A stretch of DNA of 32,000 nt from Clostridium collagenovorans DSM 3089 (GTDB lineage Bacteria; Bacillota; Clostridia; Clostridiales; Clostridiaceae). The notes under the pieces are model-generated. The model was not told where the DNA came from, did not search any database, and was given only the letters and a program-made list of their open reading frames with translations. Positions within the stretch are counted from its first letter, which is position 1. Each line of letters starts with the position of its first letter. Location: NCBI RefSeq assembly GCF_900130005.1, contig NZ_FQXP01000005.1, positions 313,746 through 345,745 on the forward strand, given 5' to 3'. Shown here piece after piece: positions 16,841-26,575 of this stretch. The translations under genes and the position numbers were made by a program.

Positions 16841-17674
16841 TTATCTTAATTCATATATGCAATCTGATAGCTTTCCAAATTCCTGTATAGTTAAGGTTTC
16901 TCCTCTTCTCTTTGGATCAATTCCTGCATTCTCAAAAGCTTTTTCTAAATTTTCTTTATCTAATCCGATACCCTTCATAGTATTCCATAAAGTTTTTCTT
17001 CTCATATTGAATGCATCCTTAACAACCTTAAAGAACAATTTTTCATCCTTAACTTCAATTCTAGGCTTTTCTAATCTATCTAGTCTAATTACTATAGAAT
17101 CAACCTTAGGTCTTGGTACAAAAGCTGAACATGGTACCATTCTTACTATTTTAGTATCACAGTAATACTGTGCTAATATAGATAATGCACCATAATCCTT
17201 AGTACCTGGTTCTGCATCTATTCTTTCAGCAACTTCTTTTTGAATCATAATAGTTAGAAATTTAAAATCAATTCCTTCTGTTAAAAACATTGCTATTATA
17301 GGCGTTGTAACATAGTATGGTAAGTTAGCTACAACCTTAATAGATTTTTCACCCTCAGTTAATTGCTCATAATCCACCTTTAAGGCATCCTTATTTATTA
17401 ACTTAAAATTTTCATACTCCGCAAGTTCTGTTTCTAGAATAGGAATCAATCTACTATCTAACTCTATAGCGCAAACTGATTTAGCTCTATCTAAAAGTTC
17501 CTTTGTTAAAGTTCCTACCCCTGGTCCTATTTCTATTACAAAATCATCTTTAGTTAATTCTGATGAATCAACTATGGCATTTAAAACTGAATCATCTATT
17601 AAAAAGTTCTGACCTAAACTTTTAGTAAATTTAAAATCATACTTTTTAACCATTTCATTAGTCCATTTGCTCAT
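16841..17674 (-). CDS. rsmA: 16S rRNA (adenine1518/1519-N6)-dimethyltransferase
   Basis: [10 protein letters not shown] and [13 protein letters not shown] motifs. Conserved position after rnmV. AAGGAG RBS. Confidence 0.95.
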   Translation of the reverse strand: MSKWTNEMVKKYDFKFTKSLGQNFLIDDSVLNAIVDSSELTKDDFVIEIGPGVGTLTKELLDRAKSVCAIELDSRLIPILETELAEYENFKLINKDALKVDYEQLTEGEKSIKVVANLPYYVTTPIIAMFLTEGIDFKFLTIMIQKEVAERIDAEPGTKDYGALSILAQYYCDTKIVRMVPCSAFVPRPKVDSIVIRLDRLEKPRIEVKDEKLFFKVVKDAFNMRRKTLWNTMKGIGLDKENLEKAFENAGIDPKRRGETLTIQEFGKLSDCIYELR

Positions 17675-18230
17675 ACTTTGTCTCCTTGTCTATCTTATTT
17701 ATAGCTTTTATAAATTCTTCTCTACATATTCCGTAATTATTTAATCTAGTTATAAGTTGTGTTGTATTGCCGTATCCTATACCAAGCTCTTTGCCCAATA
17801 AATGTCTTCTTTCTTTAGCCTCTGGTATACCAGTAAGTCCAAAGAAAATCATATCATCTATAGTAAAATATTCTCTTTTTTCTGCAACATTACACTTAGC
17901 ACCTTGTAAAGCTTTTAAAATAACCTGTGGATTTGCATTCTCGACACCTATGTCACCATCTTTTAAACCATCTTTTTTAGCTATGTATGCATGTTTAATA
18001 CCAGGTATCCTCTTTGATATTATACTTCTTATTTTTTCTCCTGCAAAATCTGGGTCAGTAAGTACTATAACTCCACATCTTTTTTGAGCTTCTCTTATTT
18101 TGTCAATTACTTTTGCATTAATTCCAAAACCACCAACTGCTATAATCTCTGCATCAACAGCTCTCTTAACAGCAGTTATATCGTCTCTTCCTTCAACTAC
18201 TATAACTTCCTTAATCATTTTTTCCTCCAA
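17658..18230 (-). CDS. rnmV: Ribonuclease M5 (TOPRIM)
   Basis: [26 protein letters not shown] and [11 protein letters not shown] motifs. Its 3' end overlaps the rsmA start by 17 nt. Confidence 0.9.
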   Translation of the reverse strand: MEEKMIKEVIVVEGRDDITAVKRAVDAEIIAVGGFGINAKVIDKIREAQKRCGVIVLTDPDFAGEKIRSIISKRIPGIKHAYIAKKDGLKDGDIGVENANPQVILKALQGAKCNVAEKREYFTIDDMIFFGLTGIPEAKERRHLLGKELGIGYGNTTQLITRLNNYGICREEFIKAINKIDKETKYEQMD

Positions 18231-18262
18231 CTCAGTTCATAAACACATATTTCTATTCTCTA

Positions 18263-18289
18263 TGTAAACCGCTCGTATTCTGCTTCGTA
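18263..18289 (+). promoter_or_regulatory. ECF-sigma-type promoter candidate (TGTAAAC-N16-CGTA) directed antisense toward yabE
   Basis: -35 tgtaaac at 18263-18269, 16-nt spacer, -10 cgta at 18286-18289. It lies on the strand opposite to every neighbouring gene. Confidence 0.35.
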
Positions 18290-18434
18290 ACAAGGATATA
18301 CTATTAAAGTTATTTATAGTATATTCTCTTAACTCTACTTATTAATTATCTTTTTATTATACTACTTAATTTATAAAATAAAAACTTTTAATTAAATTAT
18401 AGCCTATTATTATAATTAGTAAGCAATATTTTTA

Positions 18435-18472
18435 CCCAAAAATAAAGAGGAGCTATTGCCCCTCTTTTTAAA
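18435..18472. terminator. Terminator hairpin after yabE, with T-tracts on both strands
   Basis: 7-bp stem aaagagg / cctcttt. It is followed by atttttggg on the minus strand and tttaaataaat on the plus strand. Confidence 0.55.
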
Positions 18473-18506
18473 TAAATATCATACTCTTGATGATAATTTG
18501 TACACT

Positions 18507-19529
18507 TTATTTTACAATGTACACTTTAACGTTCTTACGTCCCCATCTACAGCTTTCTTCATAACTGTTTAAGAAAACATCTATTATATTTCCTTTAATT
18601 GCTCCACCAGTATCTTCAGCTATGGCATAACCATAACCCTCTACATATACTTTAGTTCCTAATGGAATTACTGATGGGTCAACTGCTATAGTACTGTATC
18701 CACTTGGATTTCTTCTTGCTACTGTTCCTGTAGCAGTAATAGCAGTACTTGCTGCTCCTAATGGGTTGTAAGCTGTTGCTTCACAGTTAATTACCTTACT
18801 GTAATTAAAACTTACACTTCCACCTCTTGAAGGTCTATAAACACCTAATGTTCCTAAAGCAACTATTTGCTTAACTGGTTCTCTTTGAACCTCATCTTTG
18901 ACAACTTCTCTAGAAACTTCTTTTCCATCTTCAAAGGTTATCTTTGATGAAATTAATCTTTCACCATTTGCTCCCTCTTGAAGCACCTTTTCCTTGCCTT
19001 GTTCAATCTCATCTGTTTTTTGATATTCCTTATCAAATGCTATTTCTTGAACTTCATCTATAACTCTCTCTTGTACTCTAGTTATCTTAACATTTAAACC
19101 CTCACTAACAGTTGTATCAACTGCTGGTTCAATTTTATCTAGATCGTTCATTGAAATACCTTCTGTATCTAGAACTTGGCCAACATTATCTTCTGCTGTT
19201 AAAACTTCTAATTCTTCATTGTCTACGGCCACTTTTACTTTAACGGCTCTCTTTATATCTACTACATCTCCGTCTGCTACTTCACTGTCCAGATTGACAG
19301 ATATCTTATCTTTTTCTCCAACTACTATACCATTAGCGTCTAATATCGCTTTTAGATTGTTCCTTAAAGTTGTTATTTTCATAACTTCATTATTTACCGA
19401 CACTGTTATCGTTTTTCTCATGTTGAATATCACTATGGTCATTATCAATAATACCATAGTAAAGGCTATTATAGTTTTTGGTATAGCGGAAAAAAAACTC
19501 TGTGAATTTTCTTTGGTCGCATTCCTCAT
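18507..19529 (-). CDS. yabE: YabE-like cell-wall protein (N-terminal TM, DUF348 repeats, G5 domain, C-terminal 3D domain)
   Basis: The domain order is readable in the sequence. The 3D-domain tail reads TAYNP...TATGTVARRNP..IAVDPSVIPLGTKVYVEGYGYAIAEDTGGAIKGN. Conserved position between tatD and rnmV. Confidence 0.85.
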   Translation of the reverse strand: MRNATKENSQSFFSAIPKTIIAFTMVLLIMTIVIFNMRKTITVSVNNEVMKITTLRNNLKAILDANGIVVGEKDKISVNLDSEVADGDVVDIKRAVKVKVAVDNEELEVLTAEDNVGQVLDTEGISMNDLDKIEPAVDTTVSEGLNVKITRVQERVIDEVQEIAFDKEYQKTDEIEQGKEKVLQEGANGERLISSKITFEDGKEVSREVVKDEVQREPVKQIVALGTLGVYRPSRGGSVSFNYSKVINCEATAYNPLGAASTAITATGTVARRNPSGYSTIAVDPSVIPLGTKVYVEGYGYAIAEDTGGAIKGNIIDVFLNSYEESCRWGRKNVKVYIVK

Positions 19530-19739
19530 AACCTTACCTCCCTTTACGAGTCTTTAACATTATAACTTAAAGATGCTCATAAGTCAAATTTGCCCCTTAA
19601 AAGCCTTAAATAAGCTAATTTCAACTGATGTATATATGAAATCTATACTTCTTGCTTTTCGACATTTTCGGGGGCGTTTTGAGGGTTTAAAACATATTGT
19701 TTTATTATGAAGTATATGAGGAATTATTAATTATAATGA

Positions 19740-20501
19740 CTATATTTTAAAAAGCTCTTTTGTATTCTTTATAGTAATTGATTCTAGATCATTTTGACTA
19801 AGATTTTTTATCTCTGATATTTTATCTATAACATAAGCTATATAGTCAGATCTATTCCTTTTTCCCCTATAAGGTGTTGGTGCCATGTAAGGTGCATCAG
19901 TTTCTACTATAAGTCTATTTAAAGGAATTTCTTCTACAACTTCCACCACTTTTTTAGCATTTTTGAAAGTCACAACTCCCCCAATTCCTATATAATACCC
20001 CATTTTTATACATTCTCTTGCAAATTCAACACTTCCTGAAAAGCAGTGTACTACTCCTGTAACCTCTGGATATTCTTTCATTATTTCAAGAGTATCTCCA
20101 TGTGCATCCCTGTCATGTATAACAACGGGTAATTTTAATTCTTTTGCAAGTTCCATCTGCTTTCTAAATGCATCCTTTTGGATATCATGTGAAGGATTTT
20201 CTTCCCAATAATAATCAAGACCAATCTCCCCTATAGCCTTAACCTTTGGATCCTTAGTAAACTCTTTAATTTTAGCAATATTTTTTTCTGTCAAATCTAG
20301 TGCATCACTGGGATGAATTCCTACAGCTGCATAAATAAATTCATATTTATTTGCAAGTTTAACAGAATCTATAGTACCTTGCATAGAAGCTCCACAGTTC
20401 AAAATGCCTATTATACCATTTTCCTTTAGTTCCTTAAGAACTTCTTCTCTATCCTCATTAAAACTTTCATCATCATAATGAGCATGTGAATCAAAAATCA
20501 T
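19740..20501 (-). CDS. tatD: TatD family metal-dependent hydrolase/DNase
   Basis: IFDSHAHYDDE start, plus GEIGLDYYW and VIHDRDAH motifs. Confidence 0.92.
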   Translation of the reverse strand: MIFDSHAHYDDESFNEDREEVLKELKENGIIGILNCGASMQGTIDSVKLANKYEFIYAAVGIHPSDALDLTEKNIAKIKEFTKDPKVKAIGEIGLDYYWEENPSHDIQKDAFRKQMELAKELKLPVVIHDRDAHGDTLEIMKEYPEVTGVVHCFSGSVEFARECIKMGYYIGIGGVVTFKNAKKVVEVVEEIPLNRLIVETDAPYMAPTPYRGKRNRSDYIAYVIDKISEIKNLSQNDLESITIKNTKELFKI

Positions 20502-20553
20502 TTTAAGTCCTCCTACTCTACAAACCTTTTATTAACTAATAATTATTGTATAT

Positions 20554-21762
20554 TTATAATATAGACCCTATTATAGGTGATAATATTCCTATAAGTCCTC
20601 CTAGTAATCCCCCTAACCAAGTTATAGCACTTAATTCCTTGTTAGCAAGATCTAAAACTAGTTTTTCTGTAAATTCAATATCAAATTCATTAATTTTATT
20701 TTCAACCATTTCAGATATATTAAACTTACTAATGAAAGCTTTGGCTTTACATCTCACTAGATTATTGTATATATTTCTAATAAGATGACTTGATACTTTC
20801 TTCAACTTTTCAACATCATCTCCAATAATATCAGCTATTGGCCTAGATATAATATTTTCAATAATACTATCCACTACGGGCTTTAATTTATTAGCCATAT
20901 TCTCATCCTTCATAACTGTTAATATTTTATCACTTATGAAGTTAGATAAAGTATCTATAGTATCAACTGATAATTCATCCATGGTAGTTTCAAAAACTCT
21001 ATCCATCAAAGAACCATTAATCATTTGAGCAATCTCTTTTTTATTTTCATCATTATCTAAGAAATTATTTACTTCTGGAAGTAAATAATCATATATTACA
21101 TTTGAATTTATAAACATAGAAACCATAGGGCTAAGCCTTGTACTTATAGCTTCATCTATAGCCTTCTTTATTTTCACTTCTGTACTTTCAGAACCTAATA
21201 CCTTCTTTAATTCCTCCGCAATAATATCTCTCTTATTAAATATCATACTTTTAATTGATAACTTAATATTATCTGGAATTAAGCTATCAATTGTTTTGTT
21301 TCCACTTAAAGACTTGTTAACCTCTTCATATATAAGATTTTTAAGTCCTTTATCTGTTTCTTCTGAGTTAAGATATTCAATTATTATTTTCTCTATTTGA
21401 GTAGATAACAATCCTCTTAAATCTAAATCTAAGTTTAATTTATCTACATAGTCATTTATTGTTTTTCTTTCTTTAATAACTATCTCTAATTCATCATTAA
21501 CCCACTTCTCTAAACTTTCTTCAATTTCCTTATTACAAAGAGATTCTACTATATCATCCTCAGTTATAAGATGTTCTCCAACAGTCTTTCCAACACTCTT
21601 TGCAATTCTAAATCTTTCCTTTGGTATTAACCCTGGTGTAAACGGAATTCTTACACCAAATATTCTTTTTTCATTATATGGTCTAAAAATCATTTTTATA
21701 GCGATATAGTTTGTTAAATATCCTATAACTGCTCCTATAACTGCTGCAATTAAATATTTCAT
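20554..21762 (-). CDS. DUF445 family membrane-associated protein (YheB-like)
   Basis: N-terminus GAVIGYLTNYIAIKMIFRPY...IPFTPGLIPKERFRIAKSVG and a C-terminal TM segment WLGGLLGGLIG. Confidence 0.8.
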   Translation of the reverse strand: MKYLIAAVIGAVIGYLTNYIAIKMIFRPYNEKRIFGVRIPFTPGLIPKERFRIAKSVGKTVGEHLITEDDIVESLCNKEIEESLEKWVNDELEIVIKERKTINDYVDKLNLDLDLRGLLSTQIEKIIIEYLNSEETDKGLKNLIYEEVNKSLSGNKTIDSLIPDNIKLSIKSMIFNKRDIIAEELKKVLGSESTEVKIKKAIDEAISTRLSPMVSMFINSNVIYDYLLPEVNNFLDNDENKKEIAQMINGSLMDRVFETTMDELSVDTIDTLSNFISDKILTVMKDENMANKLKPVVDSIIENIISRPIADIIGDDVEKLKKVSSHLIRNIYNNLVRCKAKAFISKFNISEMVENKINEFDIEFTEKLVLDLANKELSAITWLGGLLGGLIGILSPIIGSIL

Positions 21763-22215
21763 AGTTCTCCTCTAGGGTTCCCCTCCTTTAGCTTAAGTTC
21801 ACCTTAATTATAATGCAAAAACTTTATTTTTTCAAAAAATCCCTACATTATATATACTCTTAAATTGCACATATGAATTTATATATTTTTGCTTTCTAAA
21901 ATAACTAGTTTAGCTCTAATGTTGTATTACCTAAAAAAGTAATTTTTAAATTATAATAAAGGACTTATACTTTCATGAAAATAGCTTCTATATTATAATG
22001 TTTTTTTCATTATAATACACTAGAAGTAAATTTATAACAGTAATTTTTTATATACATCACTATATACATTCCATTTAATTTTACACCTTTATTTACAAAT
22101 AAAGTCACAGCTAATTATTACATTTAGTTTTAATATACTAAATTTTTTCCAACTTAAAATTCATATGCTATATCTTATATTGTTCATTTTAAAACTTATT
22201 AATGGATATATTAGA

Positions 22216-22242
22216 AAAGACACAGCTATATACTGCGTCTTT
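22216..22242 (-). terminator. Probable metG terminator
   Basis: Minus-strand stem aaagacgcag / ctgtgtcttt (one G-U pair) with a short U-tract. Confidence 0.45.
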
Positions 22243-22313
22243 CTATATACCCTTACTTATTAATATATTCTAAACACCTGTTTTTTCCATTGTTTTTTGA
22301 ATTTTTACATCCA

Positions 22314-24272
22314 TTATCTAACAACACTACCAGTTGGAAGCTTTCCAGGGTCAGCTAAGAATAATTTACTATCATCATTAGTTGATGCTGCTAAAATCAT
22401 TCCTTGTGATAATTCCCCTCTTAATGTTACAGGTTTTAAGTTTGCAACTAAAACTACATATTTTCCAACTAACTCTTCTGGTTTGTAATGACATGCAATC
22501 CCTGAAACTACCTGTCTTACTTCTCCACCTAAATCAACTTTAAGTTTCAAAAGTTTCTTAGCTTTCTTTATTGGCTCACATTCTAAAACCTTAACAACTC
22601 TCAAATCTATCTTTTCGAAATCATCAATTGTAATTTCTTCTTTAATAGGAGTCATTTCTTGAACTTCTTCAACAGCTTCTTGAGCTACTTGAGCTACTAA
22701 TCTTTGCTCTTCAGCTATCTTGTTAAGCTCTTCTAACTTCTTCTCAACATCTATTCTTGGGAAGATAACTCCAGTTTTATTAACCTTAGTTCCTGCTTGA
22801 GTACCATCGAAGGATGCTAAGCTATCCCAAGTTGTTAAATCAACATTTAATTGCTCGTTGATTCTTTCACTTGTCTTTGGTAAGAATGCAGATACTAAAA
22901 CTGATGTGAATCTTAAAGCTTCAGCTAAATTATATAAAACAGTTGCTAATCTATCTTTCTTTTCTTCATCTTTTCCAAGTACCCATGGTTCTGTCTCATC
23001 TATAAATTTATTTGTTCTTCTAATTAAAGCCCAAATGTGATCTAAAGCTTGAGGAATTCTTAAATCATCAATAGCTTCTTCAACTAACTTTGGAGTTTTT
23101 AATGCAAGTGTTATTAATTCGTCATCAACAGCTTCCTTAATTACTGGTGCTGGAATATGACCATCAAAATATTTATCAATCATTGTAACAGTTCTTGAAA
23201 CTAAGTTACCTAGATCATTAGCTAAATCTGAATTTGTCTTTTTGATAAATATCTCATTACTAAAGATACCATCTGCACCAAATGGAATTTCATGTAGTAA
23301 ATAATATCTTACTGCATCAACACCAAAATGATTTACTAACATTACAGGGTCTACAATGTTACCTTTAGATTTAGACATCTTACCACCTTCAAGCATTAAC
23401 CATCCGTGTCCAAATACTTGTTTTGGAAGTGGTAAATCTAATGCCATAAGCATTATTGGCCAATAAATAGTATGGAATCTTAAAATATCCTTTCCTATTA
23501 AATGTACATCTGCTGGCCAATATTTTTCCATAAGATTTTCTTCATTATTAAATGCACCTAAAGCTGTAATATAGTTTGAAAGTGCATCTATCCAAACATA
23601 CACAACATGCCCTGGATCAAACTCAACAGGAACTCCCCAATCAAAAGATGTTCTTGAAATACAAAGGTCTTGTAATCCAGGTTTTAAGAAGTTATTTAAC
23701 ATCTCATTCTTTCTTGATTCTGGTTGAATAAATTCTGGATGAGTTTCTATATATTCAATTAATTTATCTGCATACTTAGACATTTTAAAGAAATAAGACT
23801 CTTCCTTAGCTTTTTCTACTGGTCTACCACAATCAGGACATTTTCCATCTACTGCTTGAGTTTCTGTCCAGAAAGACTCACATGGTGTACAATATAATCC
23901 TTCATAAGAACTCTTATATATATCACCTTGGTCATATAATTTCTTGAAAATTGCTTTTACAGAATCCATATGATATTCATCAGTAGTTCTGATAAATTTG
24001 TCATATTTAACATCCATGATGTTCCAAAGTTCTTTTATACCTTCAACAATTTCATCAACATAAGCTTTTGGTGTAACACCTTTTTCTTCTGCTATTCTTT
24101 GAATCTTTTGTCCGTGCTCATCTGAACCTGTTAAAAACATTACATCATAACCTGTTAATCTTTTAAATCTTGCAACAGCATCAGCAGCAACTGTTGTATA
24201 GGTATTACCTATGTGAAGTTTTGCTGATGGATAATATATAGGTGTAGTAATATAATATGGTTTTTTACTCAT
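22314..24272 (-). CDS. metG: Methionine--tRNA ligase with a C-terminal tRNA-binding (Trbp111/EMAP-like) domain
   Basis: HIGN (HIGH-type) and KMSKS motifs, a Zn knuckle CTPCE...CPDCG, and a C-terminal DLRVVKVLECEPIKKAKKLLKLKVDLG. Confidence 0.97.
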   Translation of the reverse strand: MSKKPYYITTPIYYPSAKLHIGNTYTTVAADAVARFKRLTGYDVMFLTGSDEHGQKIQRIAEEKGVTPKAYVDEIVEGIKELWNIMDVKYDKFIRTTDEYHMDSVKAIFKKLYDQGDIYKSSYEGLYCTPCESFWTETQAVDGKCPDCGRPVEKAKEESYFFKMSKYADKLIEYIETHPEFIQPESRKNEMLNNFLKPGLQDLCISRTSFDWGVPVEFDPGHVVYVWIDALSNYITALGAFNNEENLMEKYWPADVHLIGKDILRFHTIYWPIMLMALDLPLPKQVFGHGWLMLEGGKMSKSKGNIVDPVMLVNHFGVDAVRYYLLHEIPFGADGIFSNEIFIKKTNSDLANDLGNLVSRTVTMIDKYFDGHIPAPVIKEAVDDELITLALKTPKLVEEAIDDLRIPQALDHIWALIRRTNKFIDETEPWVLGKDEEKKDRLATVLYNLAEALRFTSVLVSAFLPKTSERINEQLNVDLTTWDSLASFDGTQAGTKVNKTGVIFPRIDVEKKLEELNKIAEEQRLVAQVAQEAVEEVQEMTPIKEEITIDDFEKIDLRVVKVLECEPIKKAKKLLKLKVDLGGEVRQVVSGIACHYKPEELVGKYVVLVANLKPVTLRGELSQGMILAASTNDDSKLFLADPGKLPTGSVVR

Positions 24273-24289
24273 ACTTTTTAATCCTCCTT

Positions 24290-24590
24290 GTTGAAAAAAA
24301 ATGCCTCTAAGCTTATCTATAAGCTTAGAGGCATATTATTTACGCGTTACCACTCTAATTCATCCTTATTTCTCAATAAGGATCTCAATAGGTATATATT
24401 TCTATCGTACCCTTCAATATAACGGTTGAAACCGAAACATCTTAAATATATCACTTTCAATATAAATTCAGATGTTTTGCTCAGAGTCCATGTTCATAAG
24501 ATCTTTTATCACCAGCTTTCACCTACCCTGGCTCTCTTTAGATAATCTCCCTTATTACTCTTCTCTTCATAGCTTTTTATGATTTATAAT
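24290..24590 (-). promoter_or_regulatory. T-box leader (Met-specific) controlling metG
   Basis: The minus-strand leader has stem-I elements AGAGAG and GGTGAAAG. The T-box sequence AGAGTGGTAACGCG is at plus 24343-24356. AUG triplets occur in the specifier region at plus 24489-24491 and 24495-24497. A terminator follows. Confidence 0.85.
24293..24334 (-). terminator. T-box terminator hairpin
   Basis: Perfect 15-bp stem (24301-24315 / 24320-24334), 4-nt loop, then a run of 7-8 U. Confidence 0.9.
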
Positions 24591-24941
24591 TAAAATCCCT
24601 TAGGATATAATCCTTCTCTTTAAAAACAACACATTAAAACTTATTTTGAATCTTATTGAATATAATATGCTTAACACAAAATTATAATACACTTAAATCC
24701 AAATTAATAAAATATGTTTCATTAAATTAATTTACACTTTAACTTATTTATGTTTTTTTGTCAAGGCTATATTATAAAGTTACATTTAAATCAATTTAAG
24801 ATTTTACTTTTTATAACTTAAATGTTATTATATATTCAATTATATTCTTACTTTGTCTAATTAAAAAACTTCTTTGTTTTCATCTTTAATATTTATCTTT
24901 AAAGCAGCTTATTCTATTACTAAATATCCATAGGAGGTTTT

Positions 24942-25121
24942 ATGAAAGTTAAAATACGCAAAAATATTTTTTTATTATTTCTAGCATATTTACTTATTTC
25001 TGTTACTATTCTATTTTTCATATGGGCAGTATACAAAAAATCTTATTCTTCTATACCTATGACTGCTTTTTTAATTTATTATTTTATATTTCTAATCAAT
25101 AATCTGAAAAAACAACTTTAA
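24942..25121 (+). CDS. Small two-TM membrane protein (59 aa), absent from the ORF track
   Basis: ATG 24942 lies 7 nt after TAGGAGG. Translation: MKVKIRKNIFLLFLAYLLISVTILFFIWAVYKKSYSSIPMTAFLIYYFIFLINNLKKQL. Stop TAA at 25119-25121. Confidence 0.5.
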   Translation: MKVKIRKNIFLLFLAYLLISVTILFFIWAVYKKSYSSIPMTAFLIYYFIFLINNLKKQL

Positions 25122-25264
25122 TTATAAGCATTTTATCCACTTAATTATAAAAAAATAATCATCTCAAAAGTAATTTTACATAAAATAAATAAAAAACTAA
25201 ATTTTTATAAAAAACTTTTATTTTATATGTATATTATTCTTTAAATGGTTAATAATATTAATAC

Positions 25265-25357
25265 ATATATGATCCCCCTAATTATATATGTATCCCCCAT
25301 TTAGCATTTATAATGCAAAAGTCCTACTTGAGTGCCCTCAGTAGGACTTTCTTCATT
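25265..25357 (+). ncRNA. Candidate C-rich small RNA (anti-Shine-Dalgarno type)
   Basis: Two UCCCCC motifs (25273-25278, 25293-25298), a small hairpin gcatt-tat-aatgc (25304-25316), a 10-bp terminator stem (25319-25328 / 25340-25349) with CCC in its loop, then UUUCUUCAUU. No promoter could be pinned down. Confidence 0.3.
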
Positions 25358-25525
25358 AAATAAAAAAAGATCTAGATACAATATCTCAATACCTTAAATT
25401 GAGTACTATATCTAAATCTTTATATCTTAATTACCCTTTTAATTTTAAATCAACATTTTTTATTTCCCCAAATAAAAAACATAATTATTTCATGTAGTCT
25501 AATATATCTTAAAATTATTTAAAAC

Positions 25526-26446
25526 TTATGCAACATCCTCTAAGTCTTTTTTCTTATTTCCCCTTAAGAAGTTCAACTTAGTTTCAGCTGTGATTAGTCC
25601 AACTAAAATAAATGCACATCCAATAACCATCTTAACAGTAAATAATTCTCCTAGAATTATAACTGATGCTAAAGCACCAAATACACTCTCTAAAGATAAA
25701 ATTATAGCTGCATGAGTTGATGTCGTATATTTTTGTGCTGAGTTTTGAATAATATATGCAACCATAGTGCTTACTGCACCTAAGTAAAATACCGCTGCCC
25801 ATCCTACTGTTGGTACATTAGTAGGCATTCCTTCCCCTGATATAAGGACCGCGATTACTGAAAGTATCATAGCCGTTGCCATTTGTAATACTGTTATTAT
25901 AATTGGGTCTGACTTTTGTGTAAAATGCTCCACAACTATAATATACATTGCAAAGAATACCGCACAAACAACTGTTAAGCCGTCCCCTAAAAGCTGAGTA
26001 CTCTCGAAAGAAGCCTCACCATTTAAACTTAACAATCCCATACCTAATAAGCATATAAAAGTCGCTGCAAAAGTATAGTTATCAGGTTTCTTTTTCTTTA
26101 CAAACCAATAAAAAAATGGAACCATAACTACGTTTAATCCAGTTAAAAAAGACTGTTTTCCTGGAGTGGTATAATTAAGTCCTACTGTTTGAGTAGTAAA
26201 TGCTAAAAATAATACAATACCTACTATAACCCCAGCTTTTACGTCTTGTTTATTGATTTTTTTAAGCTTTTTAAAGAATATTATTGCCATTAATACAAAG
26301 GCTACTCCGAATCTTATGGCCATTGTATAATATGTACCTATCCCATTACTTAAAGATAAATCAGTAGCAACAAATCCTAAGCCCCATATTAAAGCACATA
26401 GCAATAAGGCTAAATCTGCCATTACAGTTTTCTTCTTTTCGTTCAT
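25526..26446 (-). CDS. EamA/DMT superfamily transporter
   Basis: Ten TM helices in two EamA-like halves. I moved the start to ATG 26446, after AGAGGGGGA. Confidence 0.85.
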   Translation of the reverse strand: MNEKKKTVMADLALLLCALIWGLGFVATDLSLSNGIGTYYTMAIRFGVAFVLMAIIFFKKLKKINKQDVKAGVIVGIVLFLAFTTQTVGLNYTTPGKQSFLTGLNVVMVPFFYWFVKKKKPDNYTFAATFICLLGMGLLSLNGEASFESTQLLGDGLTVVCAVFFAMYIIVVEHFTQKSDPIIITVLQMATAMILSVIAVLISGEGMPTNVPTVGWAAVFYLGAVSTMVAYIIQNSAQKYTTSTHAAIILSLESVFGALASVIILGELFTVKMVIGCAFILVGLITAETKLNFLRGNKKKDLEDVA

Positions 26447-26575
26447 TATAATTAAATCCCCCTCTTTTGAAATCAATCGTCTCATGCCTTAAAACGATTT
26501 TTTTCTTAAATTATCTTAATAATCATACATCATTATAAAGATAAGTTCCAGTAAAAGGTTTTCTATTCTTTTACT

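Noticed and set aside
19530-19739. c-di-AMP (ydaO-type) riboswitch in the 210-nt leader of yabE, a class known to precede some cell-wall hydrolase/Rpf-type genes
   Set aside because: Reading the minus strand, I could not find the conserved ydaO elements or a pseudo-symmetric fold. Only loose fragments are present (ACGCCCCCGAAAA, AGCUUAU). An Infernal scan with RF00379 is needed to settle this.
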